Assembly (NCBI GenBank): GCA_044236265.1
Contig: JBIIGV010000006.1
Coordinates: 1 to 48,037 of the forward strand
Reading direction: 5' to 3'
From: Oligoflexales bacterium
GTDB lineage: Bacteria; Bdellovibrionota_B; Oligoflexia; Oligoflexales; RGVZ01
DNA: 48,037 bases
Shown: in pieces, positions 1 to 10,536 of the stretch
Position numbering within the stretch: position 1 is the first letter of the stretch
Layout of the letters: each line of letters starts with the position of its first letter
Program-made: the position numbers and the translations under genes
The notes under the pieces: model-generated
What the model was told of the DNA's origin: nothing
The model's database searches: none
Seen by the model: the letters and a program-made list of their open reading frames with translations, nothing else

Positions 1-1
1 G

Positions 2-130
2 GATGCTGGATATGGAACCATTGGAGATCTCGTCGCAGATGCCGCGGAAGAGGTTGCATCCAAATCTGGATTATCGATAGGAGTTGCGCGCACTGTACAG
101 CTTGCTGCAGACCGTTACTTGCAGCGCTAA
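2..130 (+). CDS. nusA: 3' end of transcription factor NusA (partial; C-terminal helix-hairpin-helix repeat)
   Basis: Frame 2 reads DAGYGTIGDLVADAAEEVASKSGLSIGVARTVQLAADRYLQR-stop. This resembles a NusA C-terminal HhH repeat, and it lies directly upstream of infB, the usual synteny. Confidence 0.7.
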   Translation, partial: DAGYGTIGDLVADAAEEVASKSGLSIGVARTVQLAADRYLQR

Positions 131-232
131 GTCGAGAGACAGCGCTCAAGCCTAACCGAGTCAAGTATTGTTGAGCAATATCCTGACGAAAACCGGGACC
201 ATCGAAATCGAATTGAAAAGGACAAATGACGA

Positions 233-2992
233 ATGTCAAAAAAGAGAGTCCATGAACTTGCAAAAGAACTTGGTGTTGAGTGGAAAGTTCTTCAATCCAA
301 AGGGAAGGCCTTGGGCATTGATATTACAACTGCCCAAAACACTTTGAGTGAAGAAGAGGCTGTTAAGCTGAAGAATGCCGTAAAAGGTGTAGCAGCTGCT
401 GCAGAAGCACCCTCGGCTACGCCTAAAACCGTAGTTATCCGTCGCCGCGCTTCATCTGCGCCTGCTGCGGAAGCTGCACCGGAGAAGCCGGTGGAAGTTG
501 CGGCCCCTGTGATGCCGCCTCCGGTTGAAGAAAAACCTGAGGCCCCCGCTCCAGTTGTGGCAAAGGCGCCGGTTGCAGTAGCGGCACCAGCTCCAAGCGA
601 GCCAGTTGTCGAGATACCTCAGCCACCCAAGCCAGCTCCCGCAAAAACTGAAACTGTTGTCGAGCGCGCCGCTCCAGAGGAAGCTCCAAAGCGTGTTGCA
701 AGACCCTTATCGAGTGGCGGTGCGACCATCGTCCGTCGGGCATCACCGGAAGAGATTGAAGCGCAGAAACGCAAGGAACAAGAGGCGGCTGAAGCTGCTC
801 AAGGAAATCGTACGGTTCGCAGAGAGGATAACCGAGGCGTTCGCGTAAGCGGCATGGGCCTCCTATCTTCAAGATCACGCGGAGAGCAGGAGGCTGCTGC
901 CCGCGGTCAAGGATTTGGCGGAGCCCCCAGCGCAGTACCAGATGTTCCAATGCCAGGGGATGAATGGGGCACACGTCGCGATCGCGGACGTACTGAGACC
1001 TTCCAGGAAGACGAAGAGCAGGCCGCGAAAACTGCTGCGAAGTTTACGAAACAAAAACGCGCTAGCCTTAACATGCGTACGCTATTAAGCCAATTCGATG
1101 AGTCAGATGAGACCGTTGAAGAGTCTCCAGAAGAGGTTCAGTCTCGCGTCTTCACGCCAGCAGCGCAGCGTAACAGGCGGGATCACAAACGCAGGAAAGA
1201 CCTGAAAAAAACCCAAATCACGACGCCGCGTGCTCAATATAGGGTCGTGGAAATGGAAGGCTCCATTACGGTCGCAGAACTCGGACGACAGCTTTCTGTC
1301 AAAGGCGGCGATGTTATCAAGAAGCTGATGGGCATGGGACTGATGGTTACCATGAACCAAGAGTTGGATGTCGACACAGCTACTTTGATTGCCAGTGAGT
1401 ACGGATTTGAGTTGAAAAACAAAGAGAAGACTGCCGAAGATGTGCTATCGCAGGTCATCTCAACTGGCACTGTTGGTGGCACCGAAGAGCGTCCGCCTAT
1501 TGTGACAATCATGGGACACGTTGACCACGGAAAAACATCCCTATTGGATGCCATCCGATCGGCAAAAGTTGCGGCTGGTGAAGCTGGTGGCATTACCCAA
1601 CACATTGGCGCCTATACTGTCGACTACAACAAAAAGAAGATCGCCTTTCTCGACACGCCTGGCCACGAGGCATTCTCGGCCATGCGGTCGCGCGGCGCAA
1701 GTTTAACCGACATCGTTGTTCTGGTTGTCGCTGCCGACGACGGTGTCATGCCGCAAACTGTGGAAGCGATCAACCACGCCAAGGCTGCTGGTGTGCCCAT
1801 CATTGTCGCCGTCAACAAGATTGATAAACCGTCGACCAACCTTGATCGACTTTTCAGTCAGCTCGCCGAACACGGAATCCAATCCGAGGAGTGGGGCGGA
1901 GAAAACCAATTCGTAAAAACATCTGCTCTTCAAAAGATTGGTATCGATGAACTACTAGACGCCATTCTTCTACAATCCGAGGTTTTGGACCTTAAAGCTA
2001 ACCACAGCGGCCCAGCAACTGGCGCTGTCGTGGAAGCCCATCTTGATAAAGGTCGCGGTCCGGTTGCGACAATTATGGTTCAGACTGGCACACTTGAAGT
2101 TGGTCAGTACGTGGTTGCGGGCAGAGAGTTTGGCCGGGTTAGGGCGATGATCGATCACCGCGGAGAAAAAATCACCTCGGCAGGTCCATCAACGCCGGTA
2201 GAAGTTGTCGGCTTAGGAGGCGTTCCGGGCGCTGGAGACCGCGTCAACATGGTCGCCGACGAACGCACCGCACGAGAAGTTGTAAGTATTCGCGATGAGC
2301 AGGAACGTAAAAAACACGTCGGCAAATCAAGCGCTGCTAGCCTTGCCGATCTCCTTGCGAAAGTTCAAACAAGTGATCGCCCAGAGCTTGCAGTCATTGT
2401 TAAAGCAGACGTTCAAGGATCTCTTGAGGCCGTGTGTGAGGCCGTTTCTAAATTGTCCAGTGACAAAGTTTCTAACCGCATTGTGCACCGCGCAGTGGGG
2501 GGGATTTCCGAGAGTGATTTGACTCTGGCAATGACCACCGGCGCCGTGCTTGTTGGATTCAATGTTCGTGCAGCTCGTGGCCTTGACGATATTGCGGACA
2601 AAAATGGGGTTGTCATCCGCTACTTCTCGATTATTTACGAGTTGGTCGACGCTGTGAAAGCCATCATGGCCGGTAAACTTCCTCCGATTGTTACCGAGAA
2701 CATTCTCGGTCATGCGGAAGTCCGTCAAACAATCAACGTACCAAAAATTGGAACGATCGCTGGATCGGCTGTACTAGATGGTAAAATCACTCGTCAATCG
2801 AAGCTACGCCTCATCAGGGACAGCGTTGTTATTTACAATGGAAGAATTTCTTCGCTTCGTCGCTTCAAGGATGACGTCCGTGAAGTTGCCCAAGGGTATG
2901 AATGCGGTATTGGCATCGATGGATATGCTGACATTCGAGTGGGCGACGTAATTGAGGCATACGAACTTCAAGAAACGGCTCCAACTCTATAA
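233..2992 (+). CDS. infB: Translation initiation factor IF-2
   Basis: N-terminal [10 protein letters not shown], GTPase motifs [14 protein letters not shown] and NKID, and C-terminal GYECGI. Confidence 0.99.
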   Translation: MSKKRVHELAKELGVEWKVLQSKGKALGIDITTAQNTLSEEEAVKLKNAVKGVAAAAEAPSATPKTVVIRRRASSAPAAEAAPEKPVEVAAPVMPPPVEEKPEAPAPVVAKAPVAVAAPAPSEPVVEIPQPPKPAPAKTETVVERAAPEEAPKRVARPLSSGGATIVRRASPEEIEAQKRKEQEAAEAAQGNRTVRREDNRGVRVSGMGLLSSRSRGEQEAAARGQGFGGAPSAVPDVPMPGDEWGTRRDRGRTETFQEDEEQAAKTAAKFTKQKRASLNMRTLLSQFDESDETVEESPEEVQSRVFTPAAQRNRRDHKRRKDLKKTQITTPRAQYRVVEMEGSITVAELGRQLSVKGGDVIKKLMGMGLMVTMNQELDVDTATLIASEYGFELKNKEKTAEDVLSQVISTGTVGGTEERPPIVTIMGHVDHGKTSLLDAIRSAKVAAGEAGGITQHIGAYTVDYNKKKIAFLDTPGHEAFSAMRSRGASLTDIVVLVVAADDGVMPQTVEAINHAKAAGVPIIVAVNKIDKPSTNLDRLFSQLAEHGIQSEEWGGENQFVKTSALQKIGIDELLDAILLQSEVLDLKANHSGPATGAVVEAHLDKGRGPVATIMVQTGTLEVGQYVVAGREFGRVRAMIDHRGEKITSAGPSTPVEVVGLGGVPGAGDRVNMVADERTAREVVSIRDEQERKKHVGKSSAASLADLLAKVQTSDRPELAVIVKADVQGSLEAVCEAVSKLSSDKVSNRIVHRAVGGISESDLTLAMTTGAVLVGFNVRAARGLDDIADKNGVVIRYFSIIYELVDAVKAIMAGKLPPIVTENILGHAEVRQTINVPKIGTIAGSAVLDGKITRQSKLRLIRDSVVIYNGRISSLRRFKDDVREVAQGYECGIGIDGYADIRVGDVIEAYELQETAPTL

Positions 2993-3013
2993 GAGTGAAG
3001 TAAAGGATCGGGT

Positions 3014-3367
3014 ATGGGTCTTCGCAAAGAAAGAATGGGTGACGAAATCAGAGACATTATTGCGTCTTGCCTGACAGGTGGGCAGCTTAATGACCCTCGC
3101 CTGCAGTTTGTCACAATCACAGCTGTGAAGCTCAGCCCCGATCTCCAACTTGCCTCAGTCCAGTTCAGGGTGATTGATGAAGCGACCAAAGATGATACGA
3201 AAAAAGCTCTAGATCGAGCTGCTGGTGTATTTAGATCAAAGCTAGCCAAAGCTTTGGATGTTCGGCGCGTTCCAGAGTTGCGATTCTTTTTTGACACCTC
3301 GGTTGAAAGAGGTGCTTCGGTTGATGCGATGCTGGATTTAATCCGCAAAGAGAAAAACGAGAACTGA
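3014..3367 (+). CDS. rbfA: Ribosome-binding factor A
   Basis: DPRL..VTITAVKLSPDL and RRVPELRFFFD motifs; follows infB. Confidence 0.97.
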   Translation: MGLRKERMGDEIRDIIASCLTGGQLNDPRLQFVTITAVKLSPDLQLASVQFRVIDEATKDDTKKALDRAAGVFRSKLAKALDVRRVPELRFFFDTSVERGASVDAMLDLIRKEKNEN

Positions 3368-3388
3368 CTGAACTTGGCGGTTCGCCTC

Positions 3389-4336
3389 ATGAGCTCGCAA
3401 ATAAACGTAAATGATATTTCTGGACTAATTCCGGTGCGTAAACCTGCCGGGATCACGTCTAAAGACGTCAGCCGGGTTATCACCAAACGTTTTGGCAAAA
3501 TCAAGCTTGGACACGTGGGAACTTTGGACCCGGATGCTGATGGCGTCCTGCCGGTACTAGTGGGGCGTGGCACCAAGCTTCAAGACTACTTACTTGATTT
3601 ACCGAAGGCGTACTCTTTTGAAGTCACCTTGGGACGCTCAACTGACACTATGGATGCGTCTGGAACAACGCTTAGAGAGTACCCATGGCACCACGTCAAC
3701 ATCCAAGAAACATCTAAAATCATTGAAAAATTCAAGGGCCCGATGAGTCAAACTCCTCCTGCTTATTCGGCCGTTAAGTATCAAGGAAAGGAGCTCTACA
3801 AGTATGCACGAGCCGGAAAAAACGCAGAGGACTTGCCTCTGTCAGAGCTAAAGCGCGATGTCGTTATTTATGACCTGCAACTTGAGTATTTCGACTTGCC
3901 GCGAATTGGCCTGACCGTCGAATGCAGCAAGGGAACTTACGTTCGGGTGCTGGCGACCGACATGGCCACAGCACTAAACACAGGGGGGCACGTGACTCGG
4001 CTTACGCGAACAAAAAGTGCCGGTTTTTCCCTGGAATCCTGTGTAAGTCTTGAACAGATCAACGACCTCAACGCGACTTTAGATTCCTTGGTTATCCCGA
4101 TGGATCAGTTATCTATTGGTTTGCCGACTTGGATATCCAGTGATATGTTGGCGCTCCAACGGATCGTCGATGGGCAATTTGTCGTTCTTGATGCGGCCAG
4201 TTTCAAGGCCGAACCAGGCTCCAGCAACAGGAACGAAGTCCTTGCCAAGTCATCAACTGGTCGGTGTATTGGAATTGTCGAGGCCACCCCGATTGAGAAT
4301 GGTCGCATGAAATTGCATATGAAGAGAGGTCTTTAA
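3389..4336 (+). CDS. truB: tRNA pseudouridine(55) synthase (ATG 3389; alternative TTG 3374)
   Basis: KPAGITS, GHVGTLDP, QTPPAYSAVK and CSKGTYVR motifs. Confidence 0.97.
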   Translation: MSSQINVNDISGLIPVRKPAGITSKDVSRVITKRFGKIKLGHVGTLDPDADGVLPVLVGRGTKLQDYLLDLPKAYSFEVTLGRSTDTMDASGTTLREYPWHHVNIQETSKIIEKFKGPMSQTPPAYSAVKYQGKELYKYARAGKNAEDLPLSELKRDVVIYDLQLEYFDLPRIGLTVECSKGTYVRVLATDMATALNTGGHVTRLTRTKSAGFSLESCVSLEQINDLNATLDSLVIPMDQLSIGLPTWISSDMLALQRIVDGQFVVLDAASFKAEPGSSNRNEVLAKSSTGRCIGIVEATPIENGRMKLHMKRGL

Positions 4337-5506
4337 ATGTCGTCTAGCATGAATCACTCCGATTATTTGTTCACATCTGAATCCGTCAGCGAAGGTCATC
4401 CAGATAAAGTTGCCGATCAAGTTTCCGACGGCATCCTTGATGCACTGCTTGCCCAAGACAAATATAGCCGTGTTGCCTGTGAGACCCTGGTTAAGACTGG
4501 ACTCGTTGTCATCGCTGGAGAAATCACGACAAAAGCGCGCGTTGATTATGCAAAGATTGCCCGTGAAGTCATTGCTGACATTGGCTACACAGACGGCGAT
4601 CTTGGCTTTGATGCAAAAAGCTGCGGTGTTGTTTGCGCCATTGAAGAGCAATCACCTGATATCGCTATGGGTGTAACCGAAGGTGAAGGTCTTCACAAAG
4701 AGCAGGGTGCCGGTGATCAAGGCATGATGTTTGGTTTTGCTTGCAATGAAACCAAGGAGTTCATGCCTGCAACGATTAGTTACTCCCACCAGCTTTTGAA
4801 GCGACTGAGTCAACTACGCCGCGCCAAAGATGTAAACTTTCTTCGTCCCGATGCAAAAAGCCAGGTGACAGCAGAATACAAGGCAGGAAAACTATCTCGT
4901 ATTGAAACCGTTGTTATCTCTACGCAGCACGGTCCTGACGTACCTCACAATAAACTTGAAGAGTACGTGATCGAAAACTGCATCAAAAAAACGATCCCTT
5001 CCGAACTTCTGAAAAACACCAAATATTACATTAACCCAACAGGACGATTTGTTATTGGTGGTCCTCAAGGAGATTGCGGATTGACCGGAAGAAAGATCAT
5101 TGTTGACACTTACGGTGGGCATGGAGCTCACGGCGGTGGCGCATTCTCTGGTAAAGACCCTACCAAAGTTGATCGCTCGGCGGCCTACATGGCACGCTAC
5201 ATCGCCAAGAACATGGTCGCTGCTGGAATCGCTGAGAAATGTCTGGTGCAGCTTGCTTACGCCATTGGCGTTGCAGAGCCGGTTTCAATCTTTGTTGACG
5301 CCTACGGGACCAGCAAGTATTCGCCAGCGCAGTTAGCTGAAGCCGCTCGTAAAGTATTCAACTGTAAACCCCGCGGAATCGTTGAAACCTTTGACCTGCT
5401 GCGTCCAATCTATCGTCCAACTGCCGCCTATGGTCACTTTGGTCGTGATGAGTTCCCATGGGAGCGGATGGATAAAGTTGAGGCAATCAAGGCCGCTTTG
5501 AAGTGA
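4337..5506 (+). CDS. metK: S-adenosylmethionine synthetase
   Basis: [19 protein letters not shown] and [16 protein letters not shown] signatures. Confidence 0.99.
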   Translation: MSSSMNHSDYLFTSESVSEGHPDKVADQVSDGILDALLAQDKYSRVACETLVKTGLVVIAGEITTKARVDYAKIAREVIADIGYTDGDLGFDAKSCGVVCAIEEQSPDIAMGVTEGEGLHKEQGAGDQGMMFGFACNETKEFMPATISYSHQLLKRLSQLRRAKDVNFLRPDAKSQVTAEYKAGKLSRIETVVISTQHGPDVPHNKLEEYVIENCIKKTIPSELLKNTKYYINPTGRFVIGGPQGDCGLTGRKIIVDTYGGHGAHGGGAFSGKDPTKVDRSAAYMARYIAKNMVAAGIAEKCLVQLAYAIGVAEPVSIFVDAYGTSKYSPAQLAEAARKVFNCKPRGIVETFDLLRPIYRPTAAYGHFGRDEFPWERMDKVEAIKAALK

Positions 5507-5533
5507 TTTAAAGCTTCTTTACTGGAGAACAAT

Positions 5534-5565
5534 AGGGAGTCCCATATTTGGGACTCTCTTTTTTT
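5534..5565 (+). terminator. Intrinsic terminator after metK
   Basis: AGGGAGTCCCA-TATT-TGGGACTCTCT hairpin followed by a T-run. Confidence 0.85.
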
Positions 5566-5591
5566 CGATCAAATCTGATTGTCCTTTGCGC

Positions 5592-5620
5592 TTGGGACTA
5601 TCGGCTCAAATGGCTATACT
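5592..5620 (+). promoter_or_regulatory. Putative sigma70 promoter giving a leaderless transcript
   Basis: TTGGGA-17 nt-TATACT ends 6 nt before the ATG at 5627; no Shine-Dalgarno sequence. Confidence 0.4.
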
Positions 5621-5626
5621 TTGCAT

Positions 5627-6193
5627 ATGATCACTCGACCAGTAAAAAAGAAGCTCATTCTCATCAATCGAGATTTTCAATTCCGCATCGCTGGTGCTGG
5701 TCTTGCCGCTAGTATGATTGCCTCAATGATCATGGCGGTGTTGATTATCTATCCACTTTTTCAATTCAAAATACTGACATCTATTTACTTTCTCCCCTGG
5801 CCAATCGTTGCCGGAGTTGTTTTAGCGGTTGTGATCAATATGATCGTACAGCTAATTTTTGGAATATTTTTGACCCACCGTATCGCTGGACCCATGTATG
5901 GAATGATTCGTACCATCAGACAAATTGGGGCCGGGCAGTGGAATGCTCAAGTCCGCTTAAGGGATAGCGATGAATTACAAATGATTGGCAGACACCTTAA
6001 TGAGATGAGTGAACAGTTAATTCGGGTAAGCTTGGAAGACCTTACAAAACTGGAACAGATTTCATCGACCATTGCCAACCTGGAGATGGACGCCAACGGA
6101 AAAGAGGCTCTAAACGCCAAAGTTGCTTCGCTTAAATCAGATATCACCAAACGCATTGGACCGATGAAGGACAGGAGTGAAAATCATGATTGA
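5627..6193 (+). CDS. Two-TM membrane protein with a HAMP domain and no output domain
   Basis: Two hydrophobic segments, then the HAMP signature THRIAGP...LRDSDELQMIGRHLNEM and a short coiled coil. Confidence 0.75.
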   Translation: MITRPVKKKLILINRDFQFRIAGAGLAASMIASMIMAVLIIYPLFQFKILTSIYFLPWPIVAGVVLAVVINMIVQLIFGIFLTHRIAGPMYGMIRTIRQIGAGQWNAQVRLRDSDELQMIGRHLNEMSEQLIRVSLEDLTKLEQISSTIANLEMDANGKEALNAKVASLKSDITKRIGPMKDRSENHD

Positions 6194-6872
6194 GTATCTC
6201 TCGGGTAAAGTTCTCTCCAGATTACCGCATTCTGTGATCGTCGATGTGAACGGCGTTGGCTACGGTGTTGAGATGCCTCTGAGCGCAATCTGTGACATGC
6301 CCCCACCAGGAGGGCCGGTTCAACTTTGGATAGATACATATGTCAGAGAGGATAGCCTGCGCCTTTTCGGGTTCTTAAACTTTGATGACAAGCAGGCGTT
6401 TCTCATGTTGCGATCTGTATCTGGAATTGGGCCAAAAATAGCGTTGGCCATTCTTTCCACCCTTGACGCCAGATCACTTCGTCAAACAGTTCTCAACAAT
6501 AAAGTAGGCCTTCTGGAGTCAGTGCCGGGAATAGGGCGTAGAACAGCTGAGAAACTGATCCTGGAACTTCGTCCCAAAATGGAAAAACAAAGTTTTGTGA
6601 ACCCCATGGGAGGTGCAAGCTCTCCAAATAAAAATCAAAAAAGCAGGTCAGCTGCATCCATGGCTTCGATTGACGGACTAGAGGACGATGGAGAGAAGCT
6701 GGATGCTGTACTTGGAGATGTCCGTAGTGCTCTTGAGAATCTTGGTTACAAAGAAAAAGAAATTAATCCAATCATCCACGAGATATTGCGAAATCCCGAA
6801 GCAGACACTCAACCTGAGTTCCAGGGCTTACTGAAAAGTGCGCTTAGATCTCTTCGCGCAAGCGTTTCCTAA
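6186..6872 (+). CDS. ruvA: Holliday junction branch migration protein RuvA
   Basis: MIEYLSGK, DVNGVGY, VREDSLRLFGF, and HhH motifs VSGIGPK and VPGIGRRTA; AGGAG RBS. Confidence 0.98.
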   Translation: MIEYLSGKVLSRLPHSVIVDVNGVGYGVEMPLSAICDMPPPGGPVQLWIDTYVREDSLRLFGFLNFDDKQAFLMLRSVSGIGPKIALAILSTLDARSLRQTVLNNKVGLLESVPGIGRRTAEKLILELRPKMEKQSFVNPMGGASSPNKNQKSRSAASMASIDGLEDDGEKLDAVLGDVRSALENLGYKEKEINPIIHEILRNPEADTQPEFQGLLKSALRSLRASVS

Positions 6873-6882
6873 GGAATGTTAA

Positions 6883-7911
6883 ATGGATTCCAGCAACTCA
6901 AAAAACGTGAAAATAGAACGTCTTTCAATCGCACAAGAGTTGATTGAAGATCAGCAATTACAAGAAAAACAGCCTTCCATTCGCCCAAGCTCGTTTAAAG
7001 ATTACCCAGGACAAGAAGACGTCAAAAAAAATCTGGAAGTATACGTCGGAGCTTCTCGTAAACGTGAGCGGCCTTTGGATCACGTGATTTTACATGGAGC
7101 GCCAGGCCTTGGAAAAACCACTCTTGCTAACATTATTGCCAATGAACTAGGTGTTCCGTTTATTGCCACGAGTGGACCAGCCATCGATAAACCTGGAGAT
7201 CTCGCTGGAATACTGACTGGAATCGAACCAGGTACCCTAGTATTTATTGACGAAATTCATAGACTCTCCATTAAGGTGGAGGAAGTTCTATATAGCGCGA
7301 TGGAAGACTTTGCTATCGACATCATCATTGGCCAAGGAGCCTCGGCACGCAGCGTACGGATGGACGTCGCGCCCTTCACGCTTGTTGGCGCAACGACAAG
7401 GCTTTCCTTGCTATCGAGACCATTACTTGGACGATTTGGGATTCAGGAGCGTTTAGAATTTTATGATGCAAACGCCCTTAAGCAAATTCTGTTCCGGTCA
7501 GCGAAAATTCTCGGCTTCCAACTTTCTGATGAGGCTTCCCACGAAATCGCCACACGTAGTCGCGGGACCCCCCGACTTGCAAATCGTTTGTTGCGTCGCG
7601 TTGCCGATTTTGCAGACATGGAAGGACTCGTCGAGATTGATAGAAAAGTCGCTGATTTGGCTTTAACCCGGCAAGGAATTGACTCCGCGGGCCTGGACAA
7701 GGTCGATCGACGAATTCTTCAAATCATGCAGGAGCAGTATGAGGGCGGGCCCGTTGGTATTGATACGCTTGCAGTGACTTTGAATGAAGATCGGGACACC
7801 TTGGAGGATGTTTATGAGCCATATTTGGTTTATCGTGGCTACATCGCACGCACACCAAGAGGCCGCGTTCTGACAAACAGCGCTATCGCTTATCTTCGCT
7901 CAACTAATTGA
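6883..7911 (+). CDS. ruvB: Holliday junction branch migration helicase RuvB
   Basis: GAPGLGKTT, FIDEIHR, FTLVGATTR, SRGTPR and GGPVG motifs. Confidence 0.99.
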   Translation: MDSSNSKNVKIERLSIAQELIEDQQLQEKQPSIRPSSFKDYPGQEDVKKNLEVYVGASRKRERPLDHVILHGAPGLGKTTLANIIANELGVPFIATSGPAIDKPGDLAGILTGIEPGTLVFIDEIHRLSIKVEEVLYSAMEDFAIDIIIGQGASARSVRMDVAPFTLVGATTRLSLLSRPLLGRFGIQERLEFYDANALKQILFRSAKILGFQLSDEASHEIATRSRGTPRLANRLLRRVADFADMEGLVEIDRKVADLALTRQGIDSAGLDKVDRRILQIMQEQYEGGPVGIDTLAVTLNEDRDTLEDVYEPYLVYRGYIARTPRGRVLTNSAIAYLRSTN

Positions 7912-8815
7912 GCATTTGTGAAGTCACGGTGAAACCTTGTACTAGTTTTTGAATATGCACCCCGCAAAGCTTGGGAAAGCAGTTCAAATCCATACCAGCC
8001 AGAGTTACAAGCCTATTGCGCGCATCATCAAAGTTACCAGCATGAAGCGTTGTTATCACGCCACCATGACCGGTTCTAGCTATGTCAGCAAAAGCCCTGC
8101 ACTCGTCTCCTCGCAATTCGCCAACGACTAAAAGCTTTGGTGATAGCCTCATCATTTCAGAGAGAACTTTCGACATTGGCACCCCTCCTCGACCTGATGA
8201 GTCGGGGGAGATCTCCAAAATGCGAAACCAATATTTTGATAAAAGAGGTATTTCTTCCACGGACTCTGCAATTCCGATACGAACTTCTGAAAAATAGGAT
8301 TTGAGCATTGATGTTAAAAAGCTAGTTTTACCAGATCCAGTTGCGCCAAAAATAACTAACGATATCTGACGATTTATTGCGTCATTTAGCTCGGAAGGCG
8401 TCACCTGATTAAATTGAAAGGCATCCAGGTTTAATGTCTCAAATCTCTGCCGACGAAAGACGACCATCGGCCCATCAGAAGCCATGGGTGCGATAACAGC
8501 GTGCCATCGCCACGTCTGACCTGGAATGACACCCCCACCATAAGGGCGATACGGGTCAATCCGAACCCGACACTCCCAAGATAGCTCAGCTATCAGATCG
8601 GCAACCTTATCGACCGACCAAAAAATATTGATTGTATCAATACACAGAGCGTCGTTTTCCAAACTCCGCTGAGTACTGCTATGAAGATAAATCTCTGACA
8701 GCGATTCATCCAATAAATAGGAATGAAGCTCCATCACGTAAACATCCAGTCGACGAAACTCCTGGCTCCCCAAAGAGACGTCCGAGAACTTTTTTTGGCC
8801 TATCAGTTTAAACAT
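7904..8815 (-). CDS. CpaF/TadA/VirB11-family secretion ATPase (short)
   Basis: Walker A GATGSGKTS, Asp-box AESVEEI, Walker B VVGELRG and His-box TGHGGVITTLHA. Confidence 0.85.
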   Translation of the reverse strand: MFKLIGQKKFSDVSLGSQEFRRLDVYVMELHSYLLDESLSEIYLHSSTQRSLENDALCIDTINIFWSVDKVADLIAELSWECRVRIDPYRPYGGGVIPGQTWRWHAVIAPMASDGPMVVFRRQRFETLNLDAFQFNQVTPSELNDAINRQISLVIFGATGSGKTSFLTSMLKSYFSEVRIGIAESVEEIPLLSKYWFRILEISPDSSGRGGVPMSKVLSEMMRLSPKLLVVGELRGDECRAFADIARTGHGGVITTLHAGNFDDARNRLVTLAGMDLNCFPKLCGVHIQKLVQGFTVTSQMLN

Positions 8816-8884
8816 ATCCCACGCTCCCTGATTTAGTTGATCAGACAGTATGGAGACTTAATTGTGCAGCCTAACGAGCGAGAT

Positions 8885-9379
8885 TTAGCAGTAGTAATCT
8901 TTGAAGTTGCCGGTTAAGGCGCGTTCTAGCTTAGTTTGAGCCTCTGGAGATATATTTTGTGCGCAGGCATCGACGAAAAATGCTCGCACATCATCATCGT
9001 CCCAGTCTCTGGTATCCAATGCTCGAGAACCTTCCAAAAGTCTTTCAGCCATGTCCACCGAGATAATTCCACGGTCACGGCACTGTTCTATGGCGGAGAG
9101 CATCTGATCAGAAACGGCGATTCGCTCAAGAGGGTTGGAAACTCTAGTGCCTATGGCACTCGGAACAAACATGCTCAAAAGATCAACTATGGATCCTGAA
9201 GACTGCGACTTTTCGCACCAATCTTCGGCCTGACGAATTAGCTCGAGTTCAAATCCGCGAGCCAAAAGATGGCTACGAATGAGTCCTTCTTCCTCGGGTG
9301 AGAACCCGTGGCAACACATTAAATCTGCCATGGCTTCGACAACGGGGCGAATTTTCTCAAATGCTTTCGAAGCGTTCAT
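8885..9379 (-). CDS. smg: Smg/DUF494-family protein
   Basis: Directly downstream of dprA; the L..RGF..ELIRQAEDW and RV...ER pattern and the 164-aa size fit DUF494. Confidence 0.65.
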   Translation of the reverse strand: MNASKAFEKIRPVVEAMADLMCCHGFSPEEEGLIRSHLLARGFELELIRQAEDWCEKSQSSGSIVDLLSMFVPSAIGTRVSNPLERIAVSDQMLSAIEQCRDRGIISVDMAERLLEGSRALDTRDWDDDDVRAFFVDACAQNISPEAQTKLERALTGNFKDYYC

Positions 9380-9409
9380 GGCATCCCCTGACGTCTGAAA
9401 ATAATTTAA

Positions 9410-10468
9410 TTAAAGTTGCTCTCTTTCAAAGGTACCAAGTGTCGGTCGAACTTGGCAAGCATCGCTTATAAGTGGCCAATCACTGCAAAAGAATTCAGCA
9501 CCACTATATAACTGTTCAATTAATTCAGTGGGTTCAGAAAACCAAACCGCTCCATCTGCTATTAAATTCATCGAACCGTCGTAGCGGACATCCCACTGAT
9601 GGTCCGCGGGAAGATAGACGTAAACATCCCGTCCCTGCTCAAGCGCCTCATGGGCTGTGATCAAGGAACCTGAGCGTTTTGCCGCGGCCATCACTGCTAC
9701 GACATCGCTCATTCCACTTACGATACGATTTCTAGCTGGGAAGTCTTTCGGTCGTACACCCTGATACCACAATCGTTCAGATATGATGGCACCGCCACGT
9801 TCCAATATATTATTAAACGAACCTGAGTTACATCGTGGAAAAAAACTACATAAACCTCCAGCCAATACGACAATCGCCCTAACTTGAGCTTGATCACTTG
9901 TCAGCATTCCCTCATGTACGGCGATATCACAGCCGATAGCTCCTCCACTTACAACCCCGATATCGATTGATGCGAGAGATCGACCGACGTCGACTGACAT
10001 CCGTAGAGAATCATAACTAGCTTTACGTGATCCAATAACGGCGATGTGACGGAGGGTTAAGATCCGCGAATCGCCTAAAACAGTCAGCATAAGTGGGGGA
10101 CGCGCAATTTGCCGTAGACGTTCTGGATATCCATCTGAATTAATAAAAATGACGGAGGCCCCATATTCTCGCACTGCACAAAAATGGCGAGACGCGACCT
10201 GTGCAACGGCGCGCAGATCAAGCTGTCCAGCACTGATAAATCCTCTTAACCAGGGCAGTCTAGATCGCTCTTCTGAAAGCTCTCCCTCAAGTAAAAAAAG
10301 CCAATCATCGGCCGCAAGCGAGGATAGGCCGCCTACCTGAGATTTAGATATAATCGTCTTAAAGCGTTCAAATTCAACTTCAGAATCTAAAACTTTTGGA
10401 ACCTCAAGCCACTTTCCGGTTACTTGAGTTATAACGTGTGTGATGGCAACTAAAAGCTGAGAAAACAT
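9410..10468 (-). CDS. dprA: DNA-processing protein DprA
   Basis: YPERL, IAVIGSRKAS, VVSGGAIGCD, FPARNRIVSG and SGSLITA motifs; AGGAGG RBS before ATG 10468. Confidence 0.95.
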   Translation of the reverse strand: MFSQLLVAITHVITQVTGKWLEVPKVLDSEVEFERFKTIISKSQVGGLSSLAADDWLFLLEGELSEERSRLPWLRGFISAGQLDLRAVAQVASRHFCAVREYGASVIFINSDGYPERLRQIARPPLMLTVLGDSRILTLRHIAVIGSRKASYDSLRMSVDVGRSLASIDIGVVSGGAIGCDIAVHEGMLTSDQAQVRAIVVLAGGLCSFFPRCNSGSFNNILERGGAIISERLWYQGVRPKDFPARNRIVSGMSDVVAVMAAAKRSGSLITAHEALEQGRDVYVYLPADHQWDVRYDGSMNLIADGAVWFSEPTELIEQLYSGAEFFCSDWPLISDACQVRPTLGTFEREQL

Positions 10469-10536
10469 GCGAGACCTCCTGCGAAATTTATTCGAAGGAA
10501 GACTCGCACAATCTAGCACTCACGAAATTTAAATTC

